In this document: positions 14,256-26,600 of the stretch, one piece after another
Position numbering within the stretch: position 1 is the stretch's first letter
How the letters are laid out: each line of letters opens with the position of its first letter
NCBI RefSeq assembly: GCF_964355755.1
Contig: NC_092680.1
Location: 21,585,045-21,649,044 of the forward strand
Length of the DNA: 64,000 nt
Reading direction: 5' to 3'
From: Antedon mediterranea
Taxonomy: Eukaryota; Animalia; Echinodermata
The notes under the pieces: generated by a model
Database searches by the model: none
What the model was told of the DNA's origin: nothing
The model's input: only the letters and a program-made list of their open reading frames with translations
Position numbers and translations under genes: made by a program

Positions 14256-15367
14256 TCTAAATCTATAAACGACGAAAATGTATATTTCGCCCGATGCAAA
14301 ATAGCGCGATCGCAATAAAACACGACCGATTTCAAACGCGACCGATATCATCAGAAGTATTAAGCTCTAGCGGCGCGCCATACAAAATGCCGGAATTGAT
14401 TTTAAACGTAACCTTTGTCCGTCATGTCATATTCATATCATTGTTTAATGCTCCAATCAGAATCCGCGCCAACGCCCTATTTTCGCGCCGCGGCTCTAGC
14501 CAGCTATGTCCCAGGAGGACACATTCATTAATAAGCTGTTTCATAGCGGTAGCTTTAGTATCTAAGGCTGACAGTTTTGTGAATTTGGAAACTCGACTAT
14601 AATTTATAGGTAGCTGCTGGACCCAAAAAACGTCTGGGAGAAGAGAGTCTATATGAAAGCCTTTGCTGATAATACAGTATTATTGAGATGTAGACGGAAA
14701 TCTGTAAAATCTTGTTCAATAAATAATAACTTCGTTTTTGCTGTCAACCAGGCCGGTATTATAATAAATCACTGTCAAATAATCATTCGATAATGGTCAA
14801 AACTTTATTTTGGCTCTGTCAACATAAAGGGAGGTATTTACAATAACTTTCTTTTGACTGTCAATCTAGGCCAATGTTATAATAATACGCCGTCAGATAT
14901 TAAATCATTGAAACAGTCCTGGTAAATTTTTTGTTGGTTATCAGATGCCCGGGGGGTCCAATCAATTATCGTCAGAAGGTGAACAATCAGTCTAGGTAGC
15001 AGCAGCAGATTATTAGGAACGCCTGCTCCATTAATTAATCCAGAAAAAGGTTTGTACATTATCTATTTGTTTATTAGCCTTCTCCTAACACAATTATATT
15101 TTCTTTAAAAAAAGGTTTTATAAGTGGTTTGAACATTTATGATAGTAATGTCACAGTTCTGTGTCTGGACGCAACTTCATAGACCTACTAGTTATATTAT
15201 TCATATTAACTGATACTTACTCTTCATTTACCGTAAAGTTCAGTTTTAATGAAATATATAATATAAATTGGCTTCGTAACAATTAATTAGTGTTGAAAAG
15301 GTTAGTTTTTTGGTGATAGGTGAAAATGACATGTAACTTCGTAATCAATTTATTTTTTTTTGTATAA

Positions 15368-15727
15368 AGGCCCAATTACACTATGACGATAACGACGGAT
15401 GATAAATATATAGCATGCATTTTTTTTACATAAACCAAAAGAAATTAGAAAGGTTTTCGTTCTAGACCTATAGGATAATCATTTATGCTGCCTTTGATAA
15501 AAATAATGTTTTTCAAATTCCAATCAAATGACGTCATGATAAATAAAAACAATAAAATCGCTGTATTGTCACGATATTATTGGTCTTACTAATCATGACG
15601 TCATTTGATTGGACGTGTGAAAATATAATTTTCATCAAAGGAATTGTTTATATTTCTTTTGGGTTATGTATTAAAATTGCACATTTGTCTATTTATCGTC
15701 GATCGTTATCGTCCTAGTGTATGGGCT
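15368..15727. mobile_element. Foldback MITE, PIF/Harbinger-like
   Basis: Long imperfect TIRs AGGCCCAATTACACTATGACGATAACGA / TCGTTATCGTCCTAGTGTATGGGCT, TAA/TTA flanks, and an internal inverted pair TCCAATCAAATGACGTCATGAT / ATCATGACGTCATTTGATTGGA. Confidence 0.7.
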
Positions 15728-15919
15728 TTATGCTGTAAATGTTCAATTAATTGATCATTCCGTTTTCATTTTATTAGTTGGACTCTTGCACAGTTGCTGC
15801 CTAATCGTTGTTGTGTAATATCATTTCGAACCATATTAAAATCATAAAGAGATTCATATTCCTTAACATGTGGCTGTTATTATACAATTGAAAGCAAAAC
15901 CCGTTGAATCTCAAATCAT

Positions 15920-16930
15920 TAGGACTAGAAATTTGGCTTATCAATCAAATAAATACTTTCGTTCAAAATGAAACTCCAACCTCTCTAAAAGATTGAACTC
16001 GAAAACGGACCGTTTTTTTTTAATTGGGTATGTTGAAACATTTCAATATTCATTTAAAAAAGTACATTAATTGTGGTATTGATCAGTGGCTATAGAGGCG
16101 TAAAAACCCTCGGTCAATATCATGTAAAATGCACTGTGGAAGGGTCATTATTAAGACTGAAAAATTGGGCTTATCAACAAATAAATACTTTCGTTCAAAA
16201 TGTAAAATCAAGGCTGAAAAATTGGCTTATCAACAACAAAATATTTTATTATTAGACGCGATAACATCAAGGATAATCAGTATAATTATTAATATAGCCA
16301 CTGTTACTAGTTTTATTCTACATGCTAAAGTAAATAAAAATCCACTAGAAAACAAACAAGTCTGAATGTTATGCTTATTAGCCATGTTATGTTTGTTACT
16401 GTAGGCCTATGATTGTTTGCAATGTCCACATATTATTTCCGTGGGCATATCCATAGTGTATCACTCACAAAAAAGACGTGTGAGGTTCTTTCTTTAGATT
16501 TTGAAGAATGATTTGTGTTACAAGATATCAGCTAACGCCATGGGACCCTTGGCTTATCAATGAATAATAAATACAGTACTACTTTCGTTCAATTGAAATC
16601 GGAATCTGACCGTTTCATTAAATTGGGTGTGATTAGGCCTAAACATATAATAATTTATTAAAAAGGTACAATAAAAACAAATGCATCAGAGGAGGCGTAA
16701 AGAACCCACGGTCAATATCATGTAAAATATATATGGTATAAGCACTGTGGAAGGGGTCATTATTATTAAACTGGAAATTCGGCTTATCAACAAATAAATA
16801 CTTTCGTTTAAAATGTAAAATAAGACTGCAAAATTGGGCTTATCAACAAATGAAATATTTTTTTTCAAAATGTAAAATTAAGACTGGAAAATTGGGCTTA
16901 TAAACAAATAAATACTTTTTTCAAAATGTA
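15920..16930. repeat. Degenerate ~55-bp tandem repeat within a larger duplicated block
   Basis: Recurring AAGACTGRAAAATTGGGCTTATCAACAAATAAATACTTTCGTTCAAAATGTAAAAT; 15935-16240 resembles 16550-16930. Confidence 0.8.
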
Positions 16931-17499
16931 AGAAAACATTTTTTAAATATAATCCTTAAGCTCTGTCTATACTATCAAACTAAATATGATGTGCCCATAT
17001 TTTATAGACATGACGATGTCCACTACGATATTCGGGCATATCTCTACCATATTTGGGCACATCACACTTTTTTTGTTAAACTAGTTGAGAAATAATGGTA
17101 TAACGCGATTTGGTGATAGGTTATCAATAATACAACCCATATACTATTATTATAAATACCTATTACAAATCCATTCATATAACTTTTCATCGTCGCGAAC
17201 CGAAAATGTATAAATGTTATTCTACAGACAGTAATTATATATGCAAAAGCCATATTATTATTATTATCAATACCTAAATGCGATAGTAATAACCACATAA
17301 ACATAAATTATACCCAATACAAGTTTGTGCGTTTAATTCTAGAAAGAAATGACTGTGCTGACAGGCCAATGACATAAATCACAAGTAAAGTCCCAATTGT
17401 TCACTTGCGTTTTGATTGGCCGACCTATTATATTAGATTAATGAAGACTGTCCAGTCAAAAAGTTACGCGGCGTTTTTTGTAAGAAATATTTCTTGTTT

Positions 17500-17695
17500 C
17501 ATCCTAGTTTATTAGCCTGAAAGAACTCATTAAGAATGAAAATTTAACATAGCACAGAAGAAGAAGAACATTTGTCTTCTTTAAAGAGGGAACAGACCAC
17601 AATACCATAATAGAAAATCATTGACAGTATGTAAACAATTCTATTTTCAGAAATGAAGATAGAAAATTGAATCGACAACATGGCAACAGGTAACA
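17500..17695 (+). pseudogene. Degenerate duplicate of the NLR 5'UTR exon and start-codon exon
   Basis: 17500-17610 matches 19677-19790, and 17615-17695 matches 20547-20627, including CAG|...ATGGCAACAG|GT. The intervening donor is deleted. Confidence 0.7.
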
Positions 17696-19034
17696 AACAA
17701 TCAACGGTGTTTTTGACTGTCTTTTTTTTTTAAATCAAAGATGTATTGTCCCCCAATAAAAATGAAATTTGAATTTTAATTAAATCAGACTTTAAATATC
17801 TAGGCAATCTACCATTTTGAGTGAAACTATTGCAAACAAAGATTTGTTTTTATGGTCACATATAATGAGGAGATCAAAATTTGAGCATCACACCTCTGTC
17901 ACTCATCCCAAATATAAATATGTACATTCTGAGCAAATTATTGAAAAAAAATCAACTCTCCTTAGCGGTTTTCGACATGGGAACCTGTAATTTCACCCCT
18001 TAATTTGCATATTTTATGTAATTTGTACTACTAATTTGCATAGGGCCTACTTTAGAGGTGAGTGATACAAGTGTGATTTTGAGATTTACTTAACAGTCCT
18101 ATGTTGGCTATTAGAAATTAGTCATTTGAGGGCAGAACAAAGTCTTTACAGATATTTTAATTTCATTATACTGTATATGCAATATTAAGAATGGGGTCGA
18201 GGGTCAAATGCCTTACTTCCGATTATTTTTTGGTAAAATGTTTCATTATAGCAAATATAAATATGTACATTCATAATATGTCTGAAAAAAATTTGTATAT
18301 TTCATGTTTTTTATTTTGTTTATTTATTCAATTTCTGCCATATACAATACAAAAAAAAATACAAAACGAAATATAAAAGGCAAGGAAAAACCAAACAGGT
18401 ACTAAACATGTATGCTAGTTGGTCACCCCAGAACAGTGCACAGAAATAAAAAAAATGACATTCTACAATAAAGCATCTATTATGCGACCAACTACACAAA
18501 TTTTCAACATCAAAATTATTTTTAAAATAAGTATTGATGATTATTTATTAATTTATAATTTTAAATAGTTTATCACTTTAAGTGCTGGTCTAAAAGTATA
18601 TGACCATATAAGGAAATATTTTTCATAATTCTCAAAAAGAAACCAGGAAGCAAGTAGACTAAAACAACACATAAATATTACCGCAATTTGATAAATTTCT
18701 GGAAACTAATCGGGAAGAGATTAAATTTGAAACTTGTATTGTTATTTCATTTTTCCTTTGAGGAATTTATCTTAACCAAAATTATTGAAAACTGCACAAC
18801 TACATGATAAACTATTTTTATCGAGAAAAATTAAGAAAGAAAATGAAGTAGTAATATGGGAAAGGAATAGGTTGTATTATATATAACATATTACAATATG
18901 GTAATCCATGCTTTACAGCATAACATGTTGTAAGTCTAGAGACTTGATTTTACAGTATATACTAAAAAATAATCCAATTAAGAAAATTACAATTTTATAA
19001 ATTTCTGATAATATATATTCTCTTTTAAATGATC

Positions 19035-19312
19035 GACCACCAACTCTCGAAGGGACCGCTTTTCATAATCGACCACCTCTCTTAACGACCACCCCGGCTC
19101 TTAAGTATCGTAACCACCTACTCTTATGTAACCACCTCTTTGAAAGGACCACTAACTCTCGGGAGTTTCCTCTTTGATGTTTGCCATCAATGTTGTTTTC
19201 GGTCGTTGGTCTTTCGCTGAGTCTCTCTGAGTGCGATACTAGCTGATGTATTTTCATTTAATCGGAGGATACCATGTCAGCCTTCTTTTCTTTACATCCT
19301 TACTCCACTCAA
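19035..19312. repeat. Dispersed repeat (GACCACCTCTC-rich), second copy at about 33420-33850
   Basis: Near-identical blocks such as CATAATCGACCACCTCTCTTAACGACCACCCCGGCTCTTAAGT and GGTCTTTCGCTGAGTCTCTCTGAGTGCGAT at both loci. Confidence 0.8.
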
Positions 19313-20611
19313 TAAGTGATTTTATTTATCATATTGAGAAAAAATCCTGTTTAATGTGCAGCATTTCCCTCAGTGAATCTTGAGATTGTAAATGCTAGCT
19401 TAATTATGTCAACTAACACTAATAAGAGAGTCTGTTTACAGTGATATTTTTATTGCTGTTTGACAATCAGCCAGAATGTACTTCTTAGTATTGTTAACCG
19501 TAGAGAATATCATCATAAGTATAGCTCTAGCAGCGCGCCATACAACATACCGGAAGTTGATTTTAAACGTAACGTAACCTTTGTCCATCGTACCATTGTT
19601 TAATGCCCTATGGAGGAAATACTACTGTAGTTACCAGATTTCCTCTATGAATCAGCGCAAACACCCTATTTTATAAGCCTAGTTTATTAGCCTGAGAGAA
19701 CTCGTGAATATTGAGCACGGGATTGAGCAAGGAAGTAGAAGAACATTAGTCTTCTTAAAATAAAGAGGGAACAGACCACAACACCATTATATTCTGTAAG
19801 TAGACTTTCTTTTCTGCTAAAGGAGCCTCAGAGCGACTTATTTGTTTGGCTAATTTTGAACATTACATTGAGCACTCTATTAATTGCGATCAACTATATC
19901 GTGTCAACCAAGTTTTAAAGATAATTATTGTCCCTCTGAAAAATATTTTTTATTTCAAATTTGTTTTTGAATGTGTCATTTTATTGTCGCATAATAGTTA
20001 TTCACGTTAAGTAAACAATTATTTACCTGAAAAAACGTAATTTAAAGCAAAAAAATACTTACATTTTTCTGTCAGACAATGGTTTTTTGGTTATAATTAA
20101 ACGTTTCCTTTCTCTTTTTGTACGTGAATAAATATAATTTTTTTTGTTACAGAAGTGAATAACTTGTATTTGAAGTAAAATACAACAAGAATTTATACTT
20201 TGATATGAAACAGACTTAATTTCTGTCACTTTAGTTTATTTTATGGCTAAGGTCAAGTCTGGGGGTCGCTTTATCAAGCCTATAAAGTGTGAAAAACGTT
20301 AAGAAACTGTTTAGATAATATTTCAATGATTTTCTGACAGCGAATTACAGTATTATAATATCAGTCTAGATTGTCAGTCAAATAGGAGTCATTGTAAATA
20401 CCAGAAATGCTTTGGGATTTGTAATTTAGCATGACCTGTCCTAGTTTACAAAACAAAAACGTCGGCCTCTAGAACTATAACTGCTTGCTTTCAGCTTCTG
20501 AATGAGTAGTCCTCTTGGGACGTAGCTGGCTAAAGCAGCAGCGTGAAAAACATTGACAGCATGTAAACAATTCTATTTTCAGAAATGAAGATAGAAAATT
20601 GAATTGACAAC

Positions 20612-23600
20612 ATGGCAACAGGTAATAAACATTAAGCAGTGTTTAACACAAATGATATTTGTAAATGTGCTTTAGATGAACAGTTTTATACAGGTTTTAT
20701 TTTGTATTTAAGATGTATTGTCCGCCAAAAACATAAAAATGAAGATTAATTATATCAGACTTTGAATATGTTATTTTGTAGTTGTAATAAAATTAATCAC
20801 TTCCGTAGAAAAAAAAACCTGAAAAAATAATAATTTCACTTATAAAATGACCAAATAAATGGTTAAATTCAACCAAAAACCCATTGGCTTTTGAAATATA
20901 TATTTATACTGGGTAACCTCTTCAGTCAAAGACTGGTCTCCCAGAGGGCCCAGTTGGTGATCAGTGGCTGTGATGTACTAATACACCGGCGTAACCCCCA
21001 GCTACTCGTCTCGAAAGATGTACTAGGTTCTTTAAAGTGCACACGAGCTAGATGTGTACACTGGACCTACGGTTTATAGTCCTTATCCGAGAAGACTCGT
21101 TCTACCACCAGAACCATGGAGTAAGTGAGCCTCGAACCCCTGCCGATGTTATGGCTGGCAGCCAATTTGACCTTTTTTTGCTTTAAATTACAGTTTTTTC
21201 AGGTAAAAACATTTTTTTTCGATCCAAATTTGGTCAAGATGAAACTATTAAAATTAAAATGGCAAATTCAACCAAAATGCATCTTTAATGTATTGAAATA
21301 TTTTTATTTTGTCATCATTTGTTGTCATTGTTTTGCCAGACAAAACTGAATGTGATGAAGACCTTAAAGAAAAGTTCCGACTTTTAACATTTCAACTTGG
21401 CAAACACTATGATGGTCGATATTTTAAGTGGTTGAGATTCTGCCTGCATGGGTACATACCATTAGGAGACCTTGATTGCGATGATGTTACAGCAATGAGT
21501 TTATTTAATGAACTTCAACGAACCGGTGAAATCACACCGCATAAAGTCAGGCTTTTGCTCGACATAGCTAAACTGACAGGTTTCAGTGAAGCTGTAGGTC
21601 AAATTAACCAGTATATGGCAGATAACAATGTTCAACTAGTTGATGAGGAGACGCTGTCAGCATCTCGTAAAGAACTGTTCCATACCATAAGACAAATTGG
21701 ACAAGATGAGTTGAAGAAAGTTATTCATAATTATGATGAACTGAATAAATTTGAATTCACAAATATATGGGATGCCGTATTCATACTAGATAAAGGAAAC
21801 CTTTTAAGTACATCTTCAAACATTACTAGGTTTACAGATTGTCTTGGACAATCTGTACAGGATAGACGAGGAGGTATGTATTTCATTTTCTTTCACTGTA
21901 TGTAAAATAAAATTTTCCGGACACAAATAAGTGTGTAAACTAGGCATCATAGTTTTCCATTGTTGTAGTATAAACAGGAAAGAGAGGTTAATTAGTGTAT
22001 AATTTTTTTATTTAACACAATATGTATTCAATATGAGAGATCATAAGCCTCGTCATAGTTGGGATACTTTTTGACACAGTCAATACAAAAACAAATATTG
22101 AGTGCCTTATTGCGTAGGCTTGTTATTGGATTGAATACTCATTAAAAAAAAGTTGGCCTCCAACCCAACAGATGATAACATTTGTAATTTCCAAACGGAT
22201 GCTGAACTAGCCATGACTATCAAATAGGCATTTAGGTTGGACCAGGGCTGGCTTAAAATATAATCATTTTTTCTTTCTTATTTAAACAGAGGAAAGGCCG
22301 ACCACCAGTAGTAGGTCTAACAATGAACGAGGAATACAAAACAAGGATAGGCCTAACAGGGGCGGATCTAAAATGAAAAAAAGGAAGAGGCGACCGAACA
22401 GGTCAGAAACAGGTATTGTATTTACAGTACAGTATATACATTAACCATATAATATAATGTACAATTCAATTTGAATAAAATTTAAAACCATGTAACACGA
22501 GAAACCCCTCCTTTTCCCTCGAAAAGATCTGCGGGAGTGTATTAGCACTACGGCCAACCCCTGCCCAGGGCACATCCTAGGGGAACAGAGACACGTTTAA
22601 TGTTCATAATGGTTGATCTTTTTTTCCCATCACAACACAAATAATTAATATTAGTTTATAATCGTTATTAATACAAAAAGGGAATTATTATTATTACATT
22701 AATTGCAATATAACTTGACTACTTAAATGGGAATAATTCTGCAATGAAAACTGTATTTTTATATTATGAAATTTATAATTATTCTGAATTAATTCTTCCA
22801 ATCACTGATTTTTCGCGTGGTAAAATATTTATCTATTTCTAATTTATCATTAAACAGTAAATGTGCCGAACACTAGTAACGAAGAACAAGGAACGCAAAA
22901 AGAGTTTAAATCAGAAACAGGTTAGTTATTAAAATGTACTGTATACAATTTCTCCCATTAGGCCTAAGATGTTTTTTATGCGGGAGAATAATTGTTGTAA
23001 ATTCAGATTTATTCTTATTGTAGTAAGTAGTAAAAGGTCAGTTTGATAATAAATATTATGACACTTATTATTTATTTATTTATTTATCAAACAGGAGATG
23101 TGCCGACTATTACTAGTAACAAAAAACCAGGAACGCGAAAAAGGTTTGAATCAGAAACAGGTTAGTTTTTAAAATGTTACGTATAATTTTTCTTTCATAA
23201 TGAGGTTTTTTATGCGGTAGAATATTTATTGTGTTGTAAATCAGATATATGCTTATTATTTATGTGTATTTATCAAGCAGGAGATATTCCGACTACTACT
23301 AGTAACAAAGAACAAGTAATGCAAAAAAAGGTTGAATCAGAAAGGCCGGCCACCAGTAGTAGGTCTAACAACGAACAAGGAATACAGAAAAAGGATAAAA
23401 GAGGTGGATACAAAATGAAAAAAAGAAGAGGGAAGAAGAAGCAACCGAACAGGTCTGAGTCAGAAACAGGTATTGTATTTACAGTATATACATTAACCAT
23501 GTAATATATTGTACAATTTAATCTGATTAAAATGTACAACCATGTAACACAAGAAACACCTACTTTGGGACGCCTCTATTAAGGGGACACTTTTTCCTCA

Positions 23601-26600
23601 AAATGATCTGGGGGCGTGTTTTAACACTACAGCCAACCCCTGCCCAGGGGACATCCTAGAGAACAGAGACATGTTTTAATGTTCATAATGGTTGATCTTT
23701 TTTTCCATCACAAAACAAATAATTAATATTAATTATTAATCGTTATTAATACAAAATGGATATCATAATAATTATGATACTTTCTTTGGCTTGCAAGAAG
23801 TTTCAAATCTCAATTTCTTGAGTTCATATCAATTAGTGTTTTTGTGGTAGGCCTATATTAATTTTTTTTTTTCGCGAAAACCCTATAAATTGGAAATTAT
23901 TATCCCCAAGTAAACTAGTAGTAACAAAAGAATGCGAAGACACACAGGTTAGTTACCACTATATTGGGATGTAGGACATTAACAAAATGATTTCATTGTG
24001 TTGGGATGTAGGACATACAGTAACAAAATGATTTCATTGTGTTGGGATGTAGGACATACAGTAACAAAATGATTTCATTGTGTTGGGATGTAGGACATAC
24101 AGTAACAAAATGATTTCATTGTGTTGGTAATGTGTATAGAATGGACATATTATTTTACATATGAATGTTATGCTGAATTGCGCTCCTAAAATTAGGCCTA
24201 ATTTAGATTGTTTTCTGTTTATTCATTAAACAGTCGACGTGTTGACGACCAATAGTAACAAAGGAACGCAAAACGAAGTTAAATCAGAAACATGTTAGTT
24301 ACTGTTACTGTTATGAGGCCTAGAGATATACATTATTTAAATATTTGTTTTTGTATTTAACTGATGTGTTTCTTAAAGCAATGATTGCCACTAGAACACA
24401 ACGTGATTTGACACACTACAAAATAATATATACTTATTTATTGTTAATTCAGATTTTTCCCGTTTGTTTTACTACACAGAGGAAGTGTCGCCGACTAGTG
24501 GTGGTAGGTCTAACGAAGGAACACCAAAAGAAGTTAAATCAGAAACTGGTCAGTTAGCGATTAACAATAATAATATTACAATTCAATGGGAGGCATTCTG
24601 AATTTATGCTCTCAGTAAAATGTATCTAATCTCAAATTTTAATGCATATTTAGTCTTGTTGTTTGTTTTGGTTTATAACAAAGTTTCCGACTACTGTATG
24701 TCAGTAAAGAAATTGAAGTTTTCTTCTTCTGATTGATTTCAAATTGTGTTTGTCGCCCTCTATATACAGGCCCGTTATTAAAAGGAAAACGTTTTGGTGA
24801 AAAACTACCTTGCAATAATAACTTGACTACTTAAATGGGGAAATATCTGCAATTAAAACTGTATTTCTTTATATTAGAATTGTATTTCTATATTATTAAG
24901 GTATTTATATCGTCAGGCTAGTTGCTTGGACAAAAATACGAAAAAACTGTTATGCTCTGCCTTAATTTGATTAGTTTGACTATTGTGCTTCGACTTGGTA
25001 TGAAGGTATTGACAAAGTTTTGAAGCAAAAACTACAGACCACTCAGAACAAATTTGTGCGTTTTATTTACGGTTTCGGACCACGATCTCATATTGGTCAG
25101 AAGGAGTTATCAGACATTGGCATGCTTAAGGTGGAAAGTAGAGTAAAATTTCTCAGGCTTTGTAATGTTCATAAAATTGTCAATAACAATGCAGCTCCTT
25201 ATCTATCTGAACATTTCTCACGGACATCCACAATCCACACACATAACACACGCCAACGTAATGTTAATCTGGTTTTACCTCTACTTAAAGGAAATAAACA
25301 GTCTCATTCTACTTTTTTCTTCTCTGCTATCAAAGACTGGAACGCTCTTCCATCAAACTTAAAATTAATTTCCAACTTAACTACCTTCAAATCTCATATT
25401 AAAAAACATTTTGAACGCAATATTTTATATTTAGAATAATTTTGATAACTATAATGGTCTTGATAACGTGCAATTTTTCTCATTACTTGTTTGCTTTCTC
25501 TTTTAATTTTTCTGTTTTACTGGGCTTTATTTTTATGTATATTTATATATTTATAGTTTTATAAATGTTGTATTTTCTCTTGTTTGTTATGTGCAATTTG
25601 GACCCCATTGGAAATGGGCTGGTTTTTCCGGCCTAATGGGTGTTCCTGATGCTCGTTATTTTGTCTTTTGTCTGTTCGTTATTTTTATGTTGAGCATCAA
25701 ATAAATTCAATCAATCAATTATGAAATGTATAATTAATCTGAATTAATTCTTCCAATCACTGATTTTTTGTGAGGTAAAATATTTATTTATTCTTGTTTG
25801 TCATTAAACAGTAAATGTGCCGAACACTAGTAACGAAGAACAAGAAACGCAAAAAGAGTTTAAATCAGAAACTGGTTAGTTATTAAAATGTACTGTATAC
25901 TGTATATGTTTTTTTCCCATTAAGATGTTTTTTATGCGGGAGAATATTTATTGTGTTGTAAATTCAGATATATTCTTATTATTTATTTGTTTATCGAACA
26001 GGAGATATTCCGACTACTACTAGTAACAAAGAACAAGTAACGCAAAAAAATGTTGAAACAGAAACAGGTTAGTTATTAGAATGTATCGTATAATTTTTCT
26101 CCTATAAAGAGGTTTTTTATGCAGTAGTAGCATATTGATTCTGATTTTTTATGTCTTAGACAAGTCTTATACCTCACCTCATTCCAATCATCATCATCAT
26201 GTTTGTTGTCAGTGCAGTCGGATATGAAAACTTCTGTTATTGCAACAAAATTAAACATTTTCAACAAAAGATGCCTAAAAAATGACACATATTTATACGG
26301 CTTCGGTAAATTCGCGGTCTACCGGGCCTGAACATCTATTTTAGATTTGTGATAAACTTATTTTTCGGTTTGCTTTTAATTTTATAATTACTGTAGGATC
26401 CAAATAAAGTTATTATATTATTATATGTTATATTTTCAACAAAAGTTTGCTTTTCTGATAGAAAAGAAAATGTGTTTGTCGCCCTCTATAGCCTAAGTTT
26501 TCAAAAATGCAACAATCTGAATCTATATTGTTATAACCAAGTCTTTTAAAATAACAATTACTTCAATAACTTTATAAACTAAATAATTTAACAATTTCTA

